Below are positions 62,741 through 64,000 of a stretch of DNA of 64,000 bases, in pieces. The position numbers and the translations under genes were made by a program. How positions within the stretch are numbered: position 1 is the first letter of the stretch; each line of letters begins with the position of its first letter. Source of the stretch: Squalus acanthias (lineage: Eukaryota); NCBI GenBank assembly GCA_030390025.1, contig CM059432.1:41728001-41792000 (forward strand), in the 5' to 3' direction. A model generated the notes under the pieces. It made no database searches, was not told the origin of the DNA, and worked only from the letters and a program-made list of their open reading frames with translations.

Positions 62741-63342
62741 TCTACCTCCCATAAAGCCACGCTGGCTCCATCTCATCATTCTGTTCTACTCCAGATGGCT
62801 CATCATTCATTCCTTCAGGATGGCCTTCAGTACTTTCCCTACATTGTATGTCAGGCTGACCAGCCTGTAATTCCCTGAGTTATCTCTTTGCCCCTTTTTA
62901 TGGGTGGACATCACATTCCCTTTTCTCCAATTCTCTGGCAGATGTTGAGTATAACTAGAACGTAAGTCATAAAGCCCACACCTCACTACGCTATCAATGC
63001 AATTTCTTGCTTTCACATGTCATAAGTTTTTTTTATTCAGGATTGTTGTTTTTTTGCTGTCAACTTTTTTGAAGTAGATTGCCATTCTTTGCCAGTTTTG
63101 TAGGTTGGCATGTGTGAGTAATGTTTGCCTACCAAAAGCTGAATGTATATACACCAGTTCATATTTTTAGCATAATTTGTTTGCCATTTTGTTATTGAGG
63201 AAGGAGCTATTGAGTAATACAATTAAATAGACCATTTCTAGTAAGGTGCATGATGAAATTGATCTTATTATGATAAACAGGGTCAATTTTGCTCATTTAC
63301 TCCTTGCTCCTTGAATTTTAAAAAAAAGGGAACCATGCTTAC

Positions 63343-63448
63343 TGAAATAGTTTGTACATCTGGATTTTGGATCTTAATATCCGTGTAGGTGACAGTCACA
63401 ATAGGAGGAAATATCTTTCCTTGTAGAGTGTTAGGCACAAGGTTGATA
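63343..63448 (-). CDS. TMEM67: Meckelin coding exon (approx. human exon 14), 106 nt
   Basis: Flanked by ttgcag acceptor and gtaagc donor. Encodes (S)INLVPNTLQGKIFPPIVTVTYTDIKIQNPDVQTIS, similar to meckelin [28 protein letters not shown] as recalled. Confidence 0.93.
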
Positions 63449-63639
63449 CTGCAATAAGATGTCAATAAGATAACATTAAAATCTATTTGAATATTTTAAT
63501 TATAATTCAATTATAAACTCTTATAATTTTAATAATAAATTACAACTATTCTTTCCTTTAAAGTTACAGAATAAATTAGTTGACTGAAATCCTCCAACAG
63601 TTAAGGAAATACTTCTGTTTATATATCTCCTTGAAAACT

Positions 63640-64000
63640 GGTTTCCTGACCCTTAGTAGATTGAAATCAAAATCCTTGTTCTCACTTATAAATCCCTTCA
63701 TAGCCTCACACCACCACTTCTTTGCAACTTCCTCCAACCCTGCATCTCAGCCCTTGCCCTTTGGTCTCTTGACTCTGACTTCTTGTGTATTCCCTTCCCT
63801 AATCAAGGCACAGCCTGGAACTATCTTGTTTTTTCTCTCTGGAATTCCCTTGCTTAATCCCTCTGCTTTGCAAGCTCTCACCCCACCTTCAAAAGCCTCC
63901 TCAAAACTTACCTCTTTGACCATATTTTCAGTCATCGCCCCTAACTCTACGATCACTGCATGGTCTATTTCTCCTCTGTGAAGTGTCTTGGGACTTTAAC
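63640..64000 (+). mobile_element. Old L2 3' fragment
   Basis: ctctggaattcccttg...ccttcaaaagcctcctcaaaacttacctctttgacc, an L2-like WNSL..FK..LKT.LF. Confidence 0.65.

Overview
Vertebrate nuclear DNA, most likely a shark or ray judging from its CR1, Deu-SINE, Penelope and Harbinger repeats; the species cannot be read from the sequence. The only host gene is TMEM67 (meckelin/MKS3) on the minus strand. Eight coding exons are present, all GT-AG and mutually in frame, of 106, 57, 99, 99, 87, 100, 140 and 141 nt. These match the human exon 14-21 series as I recall it, and the gene continues beyond both window edges. The introns are mostly nested transposable elements. They include many CR1 LINEs (one near full length), at least seven gene-bearing PIF/Harbinger copies (transposase plus convergent spliced Myb/SANT gene) with their MITEs, a hAT MITE, a Tc1/mariner-type MITE, tRNA-headed Deu-type SINEs, L2 relics, and a Penelope-like insertion forming a 600-bp near-perfect inverted repeat with hammerhead motifs. 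The most interesting observations are: a candidate 9-nt in-frame TMEM67 microexon; inverted CR1 pairs bracketing phase-0 exon blocks; a Harbinger that lost its transposase but kept a spliceable Myb gene; a conserved palindrome upstream of Harbinger Myb genes; and a 39-bp TIR-only Harbinger. I found no convincing wholly new biological system.
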